Position numbers and translations under genes: made by a program. Under the pieces are notes generated by a model. It was not told the DNA's origin. It did no database searches and saw only the letters and a list, made by a program, of their open reading frames with translations. From NCBI RefSeq assembly GCF_036321535.1, contig NC_087437.1:107076001-107140000 (forward strand): a stretch of 64,000 bases of DNA, written 5' to 3'. Source of the DNA: Camelus dromedarius. Its lineage: Eukaryota. Of the stretch, positions 26,538-40,430 are shown piece by piece; position 1 is the stretch's first letter; the number at the start of each line of letters is the position of its first letter.

Positions 26538-26932
26538 AATCATACTGGAAAAGAGGTATTCTGAAGGAGGAATGGCCTGCTAGTGAGAATATTATTTGGT
26601 GACGCAGAAAATGATGTAATCTTTTTTTTTTCCTAATGGTTACATTTCATCCATGTTATGATAATGCCTAGCATGAATTGTTTGATCCTAAACCAGTCCA
26701 TCGGTAGTACCTGTATTAGAGTTGAAGACTATTTTTCTCACTGGTTTCCACCTCTAATTAACTTTATTTCTGATCGTGTTTTGAAAGAAATTTTCCATTC
26801 CAAGGGAAAAAAGACGAAACAAAAAACAGCCCAACCAAACACATCTGAACATGTGATGAAATTCTGCACGTGCAGGGATCTGTTTGCTGCTTTCCCTATC
26901 ACAACATTCTCTCTAACAACCCGGTTCATAAT

Positions 26933-27415
26933 TGTATTCATCAGGGTTCTTCAAAGAAACAGAACCAATAGGATGTGTGTGTGTGTGTTGTGTATATATT
27001 AGAGAGACAGAGAGACAGAAATACAGAAATAGATATTTATTTTAAGGAATTGGCTCATGTGATCATGGAGGCTGGCACTTCAAAAATCTGCAGGGTAGAC
27101 CAGCAGGCTGGAGACCCAGGGAAGGGTTGATGCTGTAGTTCGAGTCTGAAGGCCATCTGTAGGCAGATTTTCCTCTTTCTTGGAGAATGTCAGTCTTTTC
27201 CTCTTCCTTGTGGAATGTCAGTCTTTTCCCAAGGCCTTCAACTGATTGGATTAGTCCCACTTACATGATGAAAAGTAAACAGCTTTGCTCAAAGTCTACT
27301 GATTCAAAGGTTAATCTCATTTAACAAATACCTTCACAGCAACATCCAAGTGTGTTTAACCAAATATCTGAGTTCTGTGGCCTAGCCAAGTTGACACACA
27401 AAACCAACCGTCATA
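26933..27415 (-). mobile_element. MLT2 (ERVL) solo LTR
   Basis: tgtattcatcagggttct...gaaacagaaccaatagga, internal (TG)n/(GA)n, ends cctagccaagttgacac...; degenerate 5-bp TSD ATAAT/ACAAT. Confidence 0.85.
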
Positions 27416-30400
27416 ACAATGCACTTCCTTAAAAAAAAAAAAAAGATGGATTTCTAAAAAACTTAAAATCTCCAACTTCCTTGGTTCATCATTTCTTAAC
27501 CTCTAATTTATTTTAGCCTTTAATCAGGTTTCGTATTACTCCTAAGTATTTTGTAGGTGTTTCCAAATATTTTTGAGCCTACATTTTGTCTTGACAATTG
27601 AACTACACTTTCCTCAAAACTTGAGTCAAGGTTTTTTTTTTTAACATCCTATCAATACCACCTTATAGCTCTCGGATAAACATTAGTGTTCAGCGAATAC
27701 TGATATGCAGCCTCTGAAGCCTCAAGTTAAGGTTGACTCCCTTCCTGATGTCCCCAGGATCCCTGGTGTCCATCAGGTTCCAGGCCATCCCTAGTACTTA
27801 CAGTAATTATCTCCATTCTACCCCAACTCCAAAACGGTTTAAGGAGCTACTTTCAACCTTCTCTTTTCATGATTTCCCTAAAAGAAACTCCTGTCCTAAA
27901 CTCATTTCTACCTCCAAGATCTTGCTTCAGTTCCTGCCATACCTCTAGGAATGCCTTTCTAAGCCTATCCCAGTCCCACCCAGAGTTCAGGGCATAGTTC
28001 AAATTCCTTTTCTTCTGCAAAGTCTTTCTCAAGCATCTCAGTCTATGTTACTTTCCGTTCTTCCCTGTATCCGTTTTATCTGTTCACTGAAATGCCCATT
28101 GTATCTGTAACCCTTAAGGTGTTGGTAACAAAGCTATACTCCACTTCATTGCTCAGTAATTTTGTCTGAAGCTGACTTCCCAAAGGAGACCCTATGTGTG
28201 GAGGAACTCACTTGCTTGTCTGCCTTGCTTATCCCTCAAAAATAAGTCCAAGGTATCCTTGGTAAATATTGTAAAAGAATGAATAAAACATGCTGTGATC
28301 CCATAAGATCAATCCTGTATATTTCTGCCCTTTATCTTGAGTTTGTAGGGAAATGTATCTGTGTTAGTTAAGTGTTTTTGACAGTGTTTATGTGTGTCTT
28401 TGGGAACAAATTTTTCTCATTTTGAATTTCTGGTATTTTAATGTTCATGTCAAAACCTTATCTTTCGAGCATTTTCTTCCCCACGTGAATTCAGAGCTGT
28501 TCCATTTGAACACAGTGTTTACCAAGCTGAATAGGCCATGTCCTCTTGGACAATCTCCAAGCAGAGTTATCTATAAATGATACCTTAGGGATCCTCTTTA
28601 CAGACTCAATCTGGTTTTTGTTCTACAATACAAATAAATAAAACCATAAATTAAAGTACATGGAAAAATGTATGATCTAAAGTCTTTCTGAAGAGAATTC
28701 ACGTACAGCTGCAGACCTTAAATCTCTGTAGACCTCTAGGTTCCATTCATTGTCTCGTTATTAGTATTTTTTGTAACCTGCCTTTAGCCCTTCTTTTCAA
28801 ATTGGTCTCATGTTTCAAGCAGTACACTGCTGTGTTTATCATTTTGTTTGTGGCTGGGATAGTGACACAGCACTTCAACACTGCTTTCATGTCTCAGGAT
28901 GTCAAACAACGTATAAATGTCAAGTATTTTTAGTCTCTGCATCATCGTAGTTACAGGATTCCAGACTCCCAGTATGCATTTCATCCCCAGGGCACAAAAT
29001 CACAGTGAGTCATTTCACTAGGGAATAAAAGAGCTCTCCATCCCAACATGTTTTAGTTTTCAAACTGTACGTATATTCCCTAAACTACTTACAGTCAAAA
29101 CAACCGGTGTTTCAAATTTTATATATATTTATTTTCATTGCTAAGTATTTAATCTAAAGAGAAAATAAAAAGTTACTAACTGCTCAAGAGGGGAATATGC
29201 AGGTTTTAAAAGTTACGGAAAACCCCTACATTTTCTAGGGAAGAATTTGTTACAGCCTGAGGAGGTTAAAACAAGCAATCAGTGAGACAGTTCCCACTTC
29301 CCTCCACTAGAGGTCTCAGTCTGTATTATTTTTTTCAGGGAAAGCTAACACACTGTTACTGAGAATGCTTTGACAGCAAAATATTTCTAAAATCACAATC
29401 ACTGTAGAAATAACAGTACTTTTTAGAATCCATTATAAATAAAAAACAAGTTCTAGTACTTTTCTTTTTCCATGGTTTAAATTTTTGCTGTACATTTCCC
29501 CTTACAATAACATCATCATTAAAAAAAAAACTTAAAAAAAAGTCACAATACTCTTTGTGTGCATGAACAGAGATAACACTGTTTTTCTTTACGTAAAAAA
29601 AATTCACAAAAAGTGAGAAATGTGTTTTGGGTCATTTCTAGTGAACTTAGAAAAAAAAACCCACCGACAGGCTCACTCTTTCTTGTGACTGTGATTTGAT
29701 ATTTCTAGAAGCTCTGATTTTCTGTTATTAATCTGTTTGATCAAGAGTGTATGCTGTTTATTTTATAATTTATTCTGAAATGTGAACCAAGGAAAGGAGG
29801 GACATGGAAATTTTATTTCAAACACTTGGACAATATAAGTCGTCATTCAGGATACACCATCAAAAGAGCCCAATTATAATGAAAGTAAAATTTAAAAAAA
29901 GTTGTTTATGAAATTGGAAATTGGTTAAGTTTAACAGTATAAAAATTATTTTTACTCTTAATTAAATGCTTTGAAAAATAGGTTTATCCTGTAACGTAGA
30001 ATTCACCATTCATACTACTTGCTGCTAATGCATCACCCTCAAGGGCATGGATAACTCTAGTCTGTCTATGCTTTTTTTGGTGCTGGTTAGCTTCTAGAAA
30101 CTTCAGAAGGCTGATTCAACTCAGATCAGTTCTTATGACAGAGAAACCCTCTGAAATAGCTGGGCTGTGCCCAACAGTCAGGTTGGGGTTGCGGTCCACG
30201 TATTCCAGGTAGTAATATCAATACTAAAAGTAATACTTCTCTAGTGTGCTAGAAGCTTGACATAAAATCTCTTCTACTGTAGAGCCGTCTTTAAGGTAGA
30301 TCTTTGTTTACAAACGAGGAACTTGAAACTCAAAGAGGTTAAGTAATTTGCAAGCTTCCAAAGAAATTTGGAACCATACATCTGTCTGCTTCAGTAGCAG

Positions 30401-32055
30401 TAATGGTGCAGAGTTCCCTGTAAAACTCCTTTAGCCATAAGTATTGCAAATGTTTGAGACTAGATTGCTTTTTGCAGGAAGCCCATGTGTTTGTCAATGA
30501 GTAAAACTTTTATTGAGTTTCTACTACGTGTGGACTACAATTCTAGGAACTCTATATGAGGAACAGCTATAAAAAAAAAAGATGTGGTTATATTACTAAG
30601 AAACATAAAATCCACTTATAGAGAGACAGCAAAAAAGCATGAAATCCAGATGAACACGTTTATGGGGAGTGCATGCCTGCTATAGGGCTTACCGCATGAA
30701 AAATGATACAGTTGAAAGTGAAAACCTTCAAGCGATTCTGTGCTAAATAAAGGTCATTTAAATCAAATCCGATATTTCTTTCCTAGTACACAATTAAAAT
30801 GACAGCATAATGGGGGGAAATTGGATTAAAAGAATGTTTTAAAGGAAATTGCCTGGGCCATCACGGTGATATCTGCCTCTTTGTGCATCTTTGTGAGTTG
30901 AAGTTCAGTATCAGGATATAATTAATTACAGATGACTTTGAGCTTTCTAAGTTGTCATCTGGTGACATGGGACATTAATAAAAAAGAAAGAGATCTTAGG
31001 CCACAAAGATAAGATAATCCAGTGCTCTAACCTTGCTGAAGAAATAACTGAGACCTGGAGAAATTGAGACTTGTTCGAGGTCACATATTTAATGAGTAAA
31101 AGATCCAGGACATCAAACCTGTTGACTGCAAGCAGAAAGGACTGAAGTGGTGCTTGTTTTTAATATGTTAAATTCTAGCATGAAAGCATGGCGAGATCAT
31201 GCTGGGAAACTGTACTGGCAGACAAAGCAAATTAGTATACACAAAGATTGACTCTTTCCGAATTAAGATTTTGAGGAGGTTGTGCATTTACTATGAAAAA
31301 CTTTAATGAGCACCAGGTTATAGGTGGAAAAGGATGATTTTATGTATAGATCTAAGGGACAGTCAGACATGATAATTATCATAAACTAAGCCCATCTCTT
31401 TCTAGTGCAGATATGTTGATACACATGTATATTTTGCATTCTCTAATTATCTTCTCTCTTTCTACAAACTTATGCTCTCATTGGTAGGACCAAAGAGATG
31501 TTATATGGTGTAGATTTTGTGGTCAAGTTGGGTCACATCTGTCAGTATGGAGAGCGTAGTCCAGAAGTGCAGGTGGTTCCTTGAGAAGAAGCATACAGTT
31601 AATCATGGTGAAGAGAGTTGTATGGAACTAGTAACAAAGCTGGCATCAAGGTCTCTGTCAACAGGACAGAGTCTGCACACTTAATGTAACGGTGTCATGA
31701 AGTACCCCACTGCCTCCACATTAACCTTTCGTTGGAAATACTGACGCCATAAAATCTACCACCATCTGAGGACTAGTAGTGTCTACTATGTACCAGCTCC
31801 TGGTTTAAATTCTTTGTAGGTATTACAGAATTGGATCCTGATACCAGCTGTAGGAAGTAAGTTTCTGTTTTCATTGTGTAGATGGCTCATCGAGATAAAG
31901 CAATTGAGGGTAAGGCAGGGAAATGGAAGAGCTGAGATTCAACCCAAGCAATCTGATTCCAGATTTTGCACATTCAACCACTATGTCAAGCAACCTCTCA
32001 GGATGACAATGTTTTTCAACAGACAAAACAAGACTTGCATTCAAAAGCACTCTGG

Positions 32056-32320
32056 CCCTTTAAGGTTGTCATTTGGGAAGTACACACACCTGTCCTAGTA
32101 CTGCTGCCATGACTTTAATATTTCTGGAATGGATCCCTTGGAATTACCTTGAGAGCCTTCAGCTCATTCTTTGAATATCTCCTGTGGTGGCAGATGTCTC
32201 TTTGAAGGGAGGATTTTATTTTGGACACAACTGAAGTCCTTTGCAGCCAAGTACAATGAGTAAGGTGGGTGTCTAAGCTGGGTGATGCCATTTTTGGTCA
32301 AAAATGAAACATGGCTGGAA
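32056..32320 (-). mobile_element. Mariner (Tc1/mariner) transposase C-terminal relic, MARNA-like
   Basis: Minus-strand translation FLTKNGITQLRHPPYSLYLAAKDF resembles the mariner HPPYSPDLAPxDF motif; further on ALKVIPRDPFQK and WQQY*DRCVYFPNDNLKG, with stops and frameshifts. Confidence 0.8.
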
Positions 32321-32787
32321 GGCAATGAGATAGTTTTCTTCTCTGAATTCACTCAGAGGACTGTTTCAGGGAGGAACTCCAGTCCTTGGAGCAATGGCTG
32401 CTCTGGGCTCATGACTTGCAGTCCAAAGTGTTCAGACTTGGGGGAGGAGGGTGTTAACTTAGGCATGTGTGTTTTGGCATGTTTATCTTCAAAGGTCATA
32501 TCACTTGCCTCTATAACTTGGATTTTTTTTTTAATTTATCATAACCAAATATTCAATAACTTCTCTAGGTAGCATTTTAGCAGGTTAAGTTGGTTTGTCT
32601 GGTTGAGTGAATTGGGATGAAGCTAGCAAGGCAGGAAGCATCTTTCTGGGTCTCATACACATAGTCTTTCTTGCATGGTCTTTATCACCTATGCATGTCA
32701 CTTGTCCTTATGAGGAGCTGGAATGGAATGGATCATGTGGATCAGACTTGGCTCCTGCTATTCCTTCTCCAATATCTGAAACACATC

Positions 32788-33130
32788 TACAATGGACTGG
32801 ATGTTTATTTCCACCCAAAATTCCTATGCCGAAATCCTAACCCCCACTGTTGATGGGGCTTTGGGGAAATAATTAGGTCATATGGGTAGAGCCCTCAGGA
32901 GTGGGACAGGTGCCCTTAGAAAGGGGACCCTAGGGTGTCCTTTTACCCTCCACATGAGGCTACAACAGGAAGTCTGCTGTCTGCAGCCCTGAAGAGAGCT
33001 CTCACCAGCACCCGACCATGCTGGCACTCTGATCTCAGATTTTCAGCTTTCAGAACTGTGAGAAATTTATGTTGTTTATAAGCCATGTGGTCTATGGCAC
33101 TTTGTCTAGCTGCCCGAACTGTCTGAGACA
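32788..33130 (+). mobile_element. MLT1A/B-type solo LTR
   Basis: aatggactggatgttt...gaaatcctaaccccca...cagaactgtgagaaat...gaactgtctgagaca; TSD ACATC/ACGTC. Confidence 0.85.
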
Positions 33131-33802
33131 ACGTCTCCTGCCTGTTTCAATCCCATTCAATCTCCAGGGTCATGTTTATGTCTCCACTCCTTCCTGCAAT
33201 CTTCCTTGACCCTTGACCTGCAGTAACCTCTCTCTTCTGTATTCCTGAGGCCAGATTATGCATACAACTCATTGGACTCACTTCCTTGTATTGTTAATTA
33301 ACTTTCATGGGTATACATTTTATTTCCCTGGCTATATTGTCAGACTGAAGCCACGATTGTCTTTTTTCCTGAGCTCCCTGTCTCCTTCCCTCCCTTTTTC
33401 CATCCTTTTAACTATTTTTGCCTCTCTTTCTCTCTCTTTTTTTCCTTTGTTGTGGTTCCTTCTCGGTCCCTAAGACAGTGCTTCGTACAAAATAGGGGAT
33501 CAGGGATATTTAATGATTCTTATGTATATTTGTCCTGTCAGTAGAATAATGGTCTAATCACTCACTTGGCAGATTTCTCTTCTTTATTATAATTTTCTTA
33601 AGAAAATGCTAAGTTGATCTTCTTTCTTTTTGGTGTTTGTTTTTTTTTTAGCATATACTTCTTGAAGGATATGTAATCATATTTCAGAGAAAGCATGAAT
33701 TAAATATTTTTATTATTTGTTCAAAGTGATTATATTGGCCAAATATATTGCTATGAATGGACTCTATCTTCTTAACAAATGATTTTTTTAAAGAAATGTT
33801 AG

Positions 33803-33930
33803 ACAAAGAATATGAAAAGGAATATATAAATGTATAAATGAATCACTATGCTGTGTGCCAGAAATTAACACACATTGTCATTCGACTATGCATCAATAAA
33901 GTCAAGTCCAACAGTTTAAAAAAAAAAAAG
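33803..33930 (+). mobile_element. Short L1 3' tail
   Basis: aagaatatgaaaaggaatatata...tgaatcactatgctgtgtgccagaaattaacacacattg, then aataaa and an A tract. Confidence 0.7.
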
Positions 33931-36044
33931 ATACTTTGTTAAAATTCAATGGCCTCTTCTTGGCTCCATGAAACCTTTGCAGTTGACCATCTGATTCTTC
34001 AGCAGTCTCTGTCAAATATTACTTGAAAGTAAGCATTTGTTTTAATAGTATCGGTTTCCTATCTCCCTTGGGTTCTGAATATAAGTGTAATATCCAGTAA
34101 TCTGAAGACAGACAACTTTATTGTTATTGATGCTCTGCAATTAACAAATTTTCACATTTTTTATTGTATCTTTTTTGTGGTTATTGATAATTTAAGTCAG
34201 GTATGTTAGAATTAATAGTACGGTATTTTTTTTCCCCCTAAAGTCCCACAGTTGTGGATGGCAAAATCCCTCAGAGAAATAAATGTTTGCTTCCGTAATC
34301 CTGGACTCTCAATAATACCTTTCTTTTTTCTTTTGTAAAATTATACCTTTGCTTTCTCCCAGTCAGGCTAAGAACTGAATATCACTGTGTTGCAACTGTG
34401 CCTGAAATTTTCAGTGTTGCCCAAAGTGAGATTTTTAGACTGTTTACAACTGTGTGGGATCAAAAGTGTTTCCAGGTGTCCAGCTTTGTTTACATTTTAA
34501 TCTTTTAAAAGTTTCACATTCACATGGTTCTTAAAGAAAAAAAATGTAATACTATTATGATTTTTGGTAGAAAAACCAACAGCCTTTGCCTTAAGAAAGC
34601 AAAAAGAGATCATAGATCAAAAATAAGCGGGACAGTCTGTGGTTTCTTTAGCAACCTTGCATCGCTGAATCTTAAATTCAGAGCTCCAAATTAGAGTCAC
34701 GCGGAAAGCCCACACAAGGGAATTCGCTTCTCACGTCTGCCTGCTTACAGGGTCTGGACAATGTAGAGGAAGAGACTATCAGGACTAGTGTAAGAGCATT
34801 TTAATTTAAGAAGGACAGGATTTAACGAATATTCAGCTTCTAAAAGAAACTGTCCTAGTGCTGCAGAGACCATTCCAGAATATCTTGTACTTTGATAACT
34901 AGATATCACCTCTAAGGGTCTTGAAGAGCAAAACATCCTGCCCGCAGACCTGGAGATCTAGCTTTTGAGATTGTGTGTCCTTACTGTTTGAGATGAAGGC
35001 CTCCAGCCAACTTTCATTTATTCAGAATTTGTTTATTGAGCTGATAAGTGGTGGAGGCCCTGCTAGCCTTCCTTTTCCCCTCCAGGATCCTTTGGAATGA
35101 GCTCCGCTTTTATCATTACCTCTGGCAAACTCAGAGAAGAGAGGAGACGAAAGCCAAGCCTGACGGTTCTATTCTTGTTAACAACTTGGGTGAAAATTTT
35201 GAAGGTGAAAGGTTCTGGAACATTCAGAACCAAGTAAAACAGCCTGCAATAAGTGAGAAACCAGAACAGTATTGCAGAGGCCCCGACGGCAGGCAGCTGC
35301 TCGGGTCCTGTGCTCTTTGTTTGATCCACTTGTCTGCTTTCAGGCAAGATGCAGCAGGGACCTGGTAAGTTCTTCACTCTCTTTAAAGAAGAAAAACGGA
35401 GAGAAACTTTTCACTCAATTGATCTAATCCATCTGGTGAAAAGCTTCAGCTAGGAATCAGAGATCTTTGATCCCTGCCTATTGATCAAATCTTTCAGCTG
35501 CACCCCCTCATCCACACCTTCAAGGTTGCCAAACGTGGCCTCTGTCTGGGCCGACCATTGTTCCTCTGCTTCACCGCTGAATCCCTCTGAGTGTCTTCAG
35601 GTTAACTCCTTTCTCTTCACTCAGCCTTTCTTTCAAATATACTATATATCTATATGTTCATATTATATAAGAACATGAATATATGAACATATTATATGTG
35701 AACATGTATGATACACACACACATATATAATATGTGTATATTATATATTTAAATCCCTTGGTATGTACTTCATTGGCTGTAATAGTTTTTTTAATCCTTA
35801 GTATTGAATTCTGAATATATGCAAGCAAAAATAACTTTCCATTTGCATTCTGTTTACTTCATTTTCTTCTTCTTGGTGCAAAATAAAAGTTCTAGGAACC
35901 TATAATATAAAGTAGTAAGTTTTTCCAGCCTATCATAATATTTAAATCAGGCTTTTGTGGGAAAAGTGATCAATTCACAGCCTATTATATCAGAGAACTT
36001 ATTTAATTGCTGTATATTTTATAGTGATGCAAATAAAAAGAGTG

Positions 36045-36127
36045 TCTTTCTCCCTTCCTTCTCCCCTCCTTCCTTTTCCTCCCTCCTTTCCCCCTTTCTC
36101 TCTTTCTTTCTTTCCTTCCTTCTTTCT
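36045..36127. repeat. Pyrimidine-rich (CT/CTTT) low-complexity tract
   Basis: About 80 bp composed only of C and T. Confidence 0.9.
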
Positions 36128-37789
36128 GTTACATGATTTTCTCTTGTATTCTGTACCAAGCTGTTTTAAAGAGTGCTTCTGTGTTTTTAAGTGAGTCCTT
36201 TAAATTCATTTATTCTCCTTTCAAACAAGCACAAGAGGAGAAAAGGACACTAATATATGTCATATATTAAATTACTTCAAGTACTGACATTGATTTGTAA
36301 GTTGGACTGAAGAACTACAATTTCTCTTTAGTTTTTTTGGTCTTCCTATTTACTTTACACAAAAGCAGCAAGTGTTATGAATCTCTATCTGTTACTCACC
36401 TTTAATGATTATCATCATCTTCCTGCTCTAGGTTTATCTACCCCCACCTTTTCTCTTTTGCTTAAAATTTTTTTAAAGAGAATTTCAGACATATCGTCTA
36501 GTATGACTTTTTGAAAGAAGGAGCGATTCAGAAATATCTACCCTGGTTATGAGATGATAACACCTTTTCACTGCTGTTCAAGGCAGTAAACATCCCTGCG
36601 TTGATGGGTTTTTATTCCATCTAAATATATTACTACATTAGTGCTTACTGGATATTCTTTTCTTCTACTGCTAAAGGAAAAACAAATTTTTCTCTGCCTC
36701 TCTGACAGTTTTTTCAAGGAAAATGAGGGCATTCGAAAAGGACAGTTGAAACAATTGCAAAAGCTGTTTTTACAAAACTTCTGTAATAAAGAGGACTAGC
36801 ACTGTCACATCTTGGTTTTGTTCTTTATTCATGTATCTGCAAGGCAAATTGTAGTTCATCGTTTTGCTCTTACTTTTGGTGACTCCTTTGAATCCCATAG
36901 GTAATCTCGGATAACTGAGAATGTTGGAAACTGAGAATGTCAGTATAGGGCTTGAGTCCAGCCTTTCCTCGAGGCTGACTTTTGGCTACTTCTGCACCTC
37001 AGACAGCTATGGAACGACAGGCCTTAGGAGCACAGTGAAACTCGCATCTGCAGGTATGCAGTCTCTGTGGATTTTATGCCTGATGGGAATCTATGAGTTT
37101 GATTCTCCTGCCTCTCCTCTGGTTGTCAGGTCCACACTTTAAAAAAAAAATTAAAATGTCAGTAACTCTAAATTCTTACAGATTTACTGTTCATTCATCC
37201 TCCTTACTGATGAATAGGGACAGAGAGGTAGAAAAACGTAAAATGATGGAAAATATGGACTTGAGTTTGAAATGTGATTTCAGTACTTTTAGTGATACAC
37301 AGTGTAGATCTCTTTGGAAGAATAATGTATATACTGAAGTTAGTATATAGTCACTTGGTGATCTACAGACCAATTTCTCTATCTTGACTTCTGCCTCCAT
37401 GCTTGGAATGGTCATCATAAACAAATACCAACAAAATGGACTTTCTCTTATGACATGGTCCTGCAAAAATGCTTCAGCTCTTTGAAAATTTCTTACTGGG
37501 GGCAAACTAAACAAAAACAGAAACTGTTTATAACGTCTGGAAATTCCTGGTTGGAAAGAATTCATACAACGAAGATCACTCTAATTAGGGTTTTCCTACC
37601 CTTTAAAAGTAACTTCTTTTCAGATTATAAAAATGATATAGTTGAGTTTTGGGTAAAAATTTGGAAAATATACCAGGTACAAAGAAGAAAATAAAAATAG
37701 CCAGTTAGGTTATTTTTGTGTATATGCACTATTAAGTGTGAATGCTTGTGAGTGTGTGTGTGCGTGCGTGTGTGTGTGCAACTTAGTAG

Positions 37790-38015
37790 CAAAATATGGG
37801 GTAGCGCTTACAAGTAGAGAGGATACAGACCTCAAGGTTGGATGCCGGGGTTGGAATCCTTGCTGAGATTCTTGCTAATTGTCCGTCCTCAACCAAGCAG
37901 TTCAGCTTTTCTTTGCCAGTTTCCTTACCTATAAAATAAGGATAATGATAATATCTACATCACAGTTGTGTTTTCCTTGAGTATTAATTGAATTAATTTA
38001 TGAAAAACACATAGT
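37790..38015 (+). mobile_element. MIR SINE
   Basis: gggttggaatcct...cagtttccttacctataaaataaggataatgataatatctacatcacag core. Confidence 0.7.
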
Positions 38016-39879
38016 CAGCTTCCAGGAATGCTGGTCCCATGATCACTAACCTGAGATTCCAGTTTTGTTATGTCATCAGTAGTCTCCTTTGATGTCTGCA
38101 TTCAGATTTATAGAACATTCATATACAAATTCATTCATTCATATATAAACCTTTGCCAAACTTTTGGATTATTTATTTAGTATCCCTTCTTAGGAGTAGA
38201 AATAGATACATGAAATAGTCTGACTACTCTTGAAGGTTATTTATTACATAAAAATAACATTGCACGGGTATTTCTAGATGCTGAGAAAAAAATACTCAGC
38301 AAAACAAATGCAGAGCTAAAAAGAGTAAATGATTCCTGTGAGAAGTGACAAGAAATGAAAGTACGCGGTGCTTTGAGAGCTAATCTAGCCTGAAGGCTTT
38401 AGGAAAGTTTTCCCTGGATAAGTGACACCGTTTGAGATCTAAATGTTGATTAATGGTTAATTGGGTGGCCATTTGGAATTCGCCAGTGAAACAAATGGCC
38501 CGTGGAAAAGTTCTGAGGCAAGCTTGGTTGTCTTTTGTGTGTAGTGAAAACAGTTTTTTTTTTCTTCATATTTTTTAAAAGATTCTTCTGAAACACAGAA
38601 GAGTGAAGTTTCTGAGCCAATCAAATCAATCCACTTGTATGTGTTTGTATTGGCAGTTTAATATCTTTCACTGTTTCTGTGTTCAGACTTCCTCCCCCAT
38701 TTAGAGATCAGATAAATATTTCTCCATATTCGCTAATAGTTGGTTTTTCAGTTGTGTTTCCCTTCCCTTCACCAAATTTATTTCTTCAGATGAACTTTAA
38801 AATTATGTTATCAAGTTCCAAGAAATTATGAGTGGCTAATGATTGGAATGTCATTAAATCTACTAATTGTTTCAGGACAAAATAAAAGGTTTATGATTTA
38901 TTGCAAAATAACTTTGTATGTCTCTTCCTTTACTAAAGTCTTCTTTTATGTCTTTCTAAAGTTTTACATATTTTTTCTTATATTTTTGGCCTGCCTTAAC
39001 CTAGAGAGAGGTTTTAAAGACAGAATAATCCCTACCTGTTGATTATTCTTTGTATTTTAAACAATTTTAAATTGATATATAGATGTTCTATTATCTGGAA
39101 CACATATTTTTGTTGTAGATTTTACCTGTAATCCACAAGAAATGTTATTCTTTATTTTTCTTAGTGCTTTTCCATCTTAAATATGATTTTGGCTGATACA
39201 ATATTCTATTCTTACTTTTTTCCTATGATTTGCCTGATAAATCTTTGGACTTCTTTGAAGAAACGTCATTTTGATTTAGATAGTTCCCTTTTATTTATCA
39301 TGCCATTGGATTTTATTTTTAAACACATCCTGAAGATATTTGTCTTTTAGTAGGAAAGTTTAACAATGTGTTTTCATTATAATGTGGTTGGAATTCTGCT
39401 ACCTTATTTTTTGCTTTCCATTTGTTTCTTTACAGATTATATTTTACATACATCCTTTCTCCATGAAAAGACATTTTTGGGTATTTGTTTTCAAGAAATA
39501 TCATCATCTATATTTACCTAATTACCAACTTCAAGAATAAAATCATGTCCTTTGATAACTCCTAATGTAAGAAATTTCCATCCTACTGTTTTGATTTTGT
39601 CAATAAGCATATGGTTTTAGACTTAACTTGTTATTTTTATTAAAATATTTTGCATTATGTATCTTCTTTTTAACTACTATTTTTATATTTCCAGTTAATT
39701 TTGAAATCATATTTTCAACAGTTACTTATATTGAGCTATAGGTTTAACTGGTTTTAATATTTACTGAAAATCTTGTATTTTTAATTTGCATTGGTCTTTA
39801 ATTAGAGTGTAGTATCAATGTTGCACAGAACACACTTTCCCTCCCAAAAAAGCAGAAAGGCAAAAAAAAAAAAAAAGTC

Positions 39880-40430
39880 TCCTGGACTCATCCATGATAG
39901 TTTTTCCACTTTCACATCTATGCTTATCTGCAAATCTCAAAGTCTCAAGCTGCAGAATTTGACCTCTTTTCCCCTCTCCATGGCTATCCCCCTAGTTCAG
40001 CCCATCATTATTGGTCATTGAAATTATTGCAATACTTTCCTGTCTGGCTCCTGTCTGGTCTCCTTCCAGGTTGAAATGTGAAGTCAGACCATGTTTCTCC
40101 TTTGCTTAGTTCCTTCCACTGGCTCCTCATCTTACTCAGAGCAAAACCCAAACATACTTCCTACTCTTGCAGAACAAGCTCTGGCCTCCAGTAACCTCTT
40201 CTCTTTCCATTCCCCTCTCCTCACGGCTCCAGCCACACTGGCCTCTTCCAGAAGCTGAGCTTACCCCCACCTGTGGGAGTTCATTGTAATCTCATCCCGT
40301 GGAAAGCTGTCCTCTTGCATCCTTCTGGTTTCCTCCCAAATAACTCATTGAAAGAGCCTTCCTGGGTGATTCTACAGAAAACGGCCCTCAGTCTCCTTCC
40401 CACACCAGCAAGTAAATGGTTTATAGCTTC
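39880..40430 (+). mobile_element. L2 fragment
   Basis: attattgcaatactttcctgtctgg, agtcagaccatgtttctcctttgctt, ctccagccacactggcctc. Confidence 0.7.
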
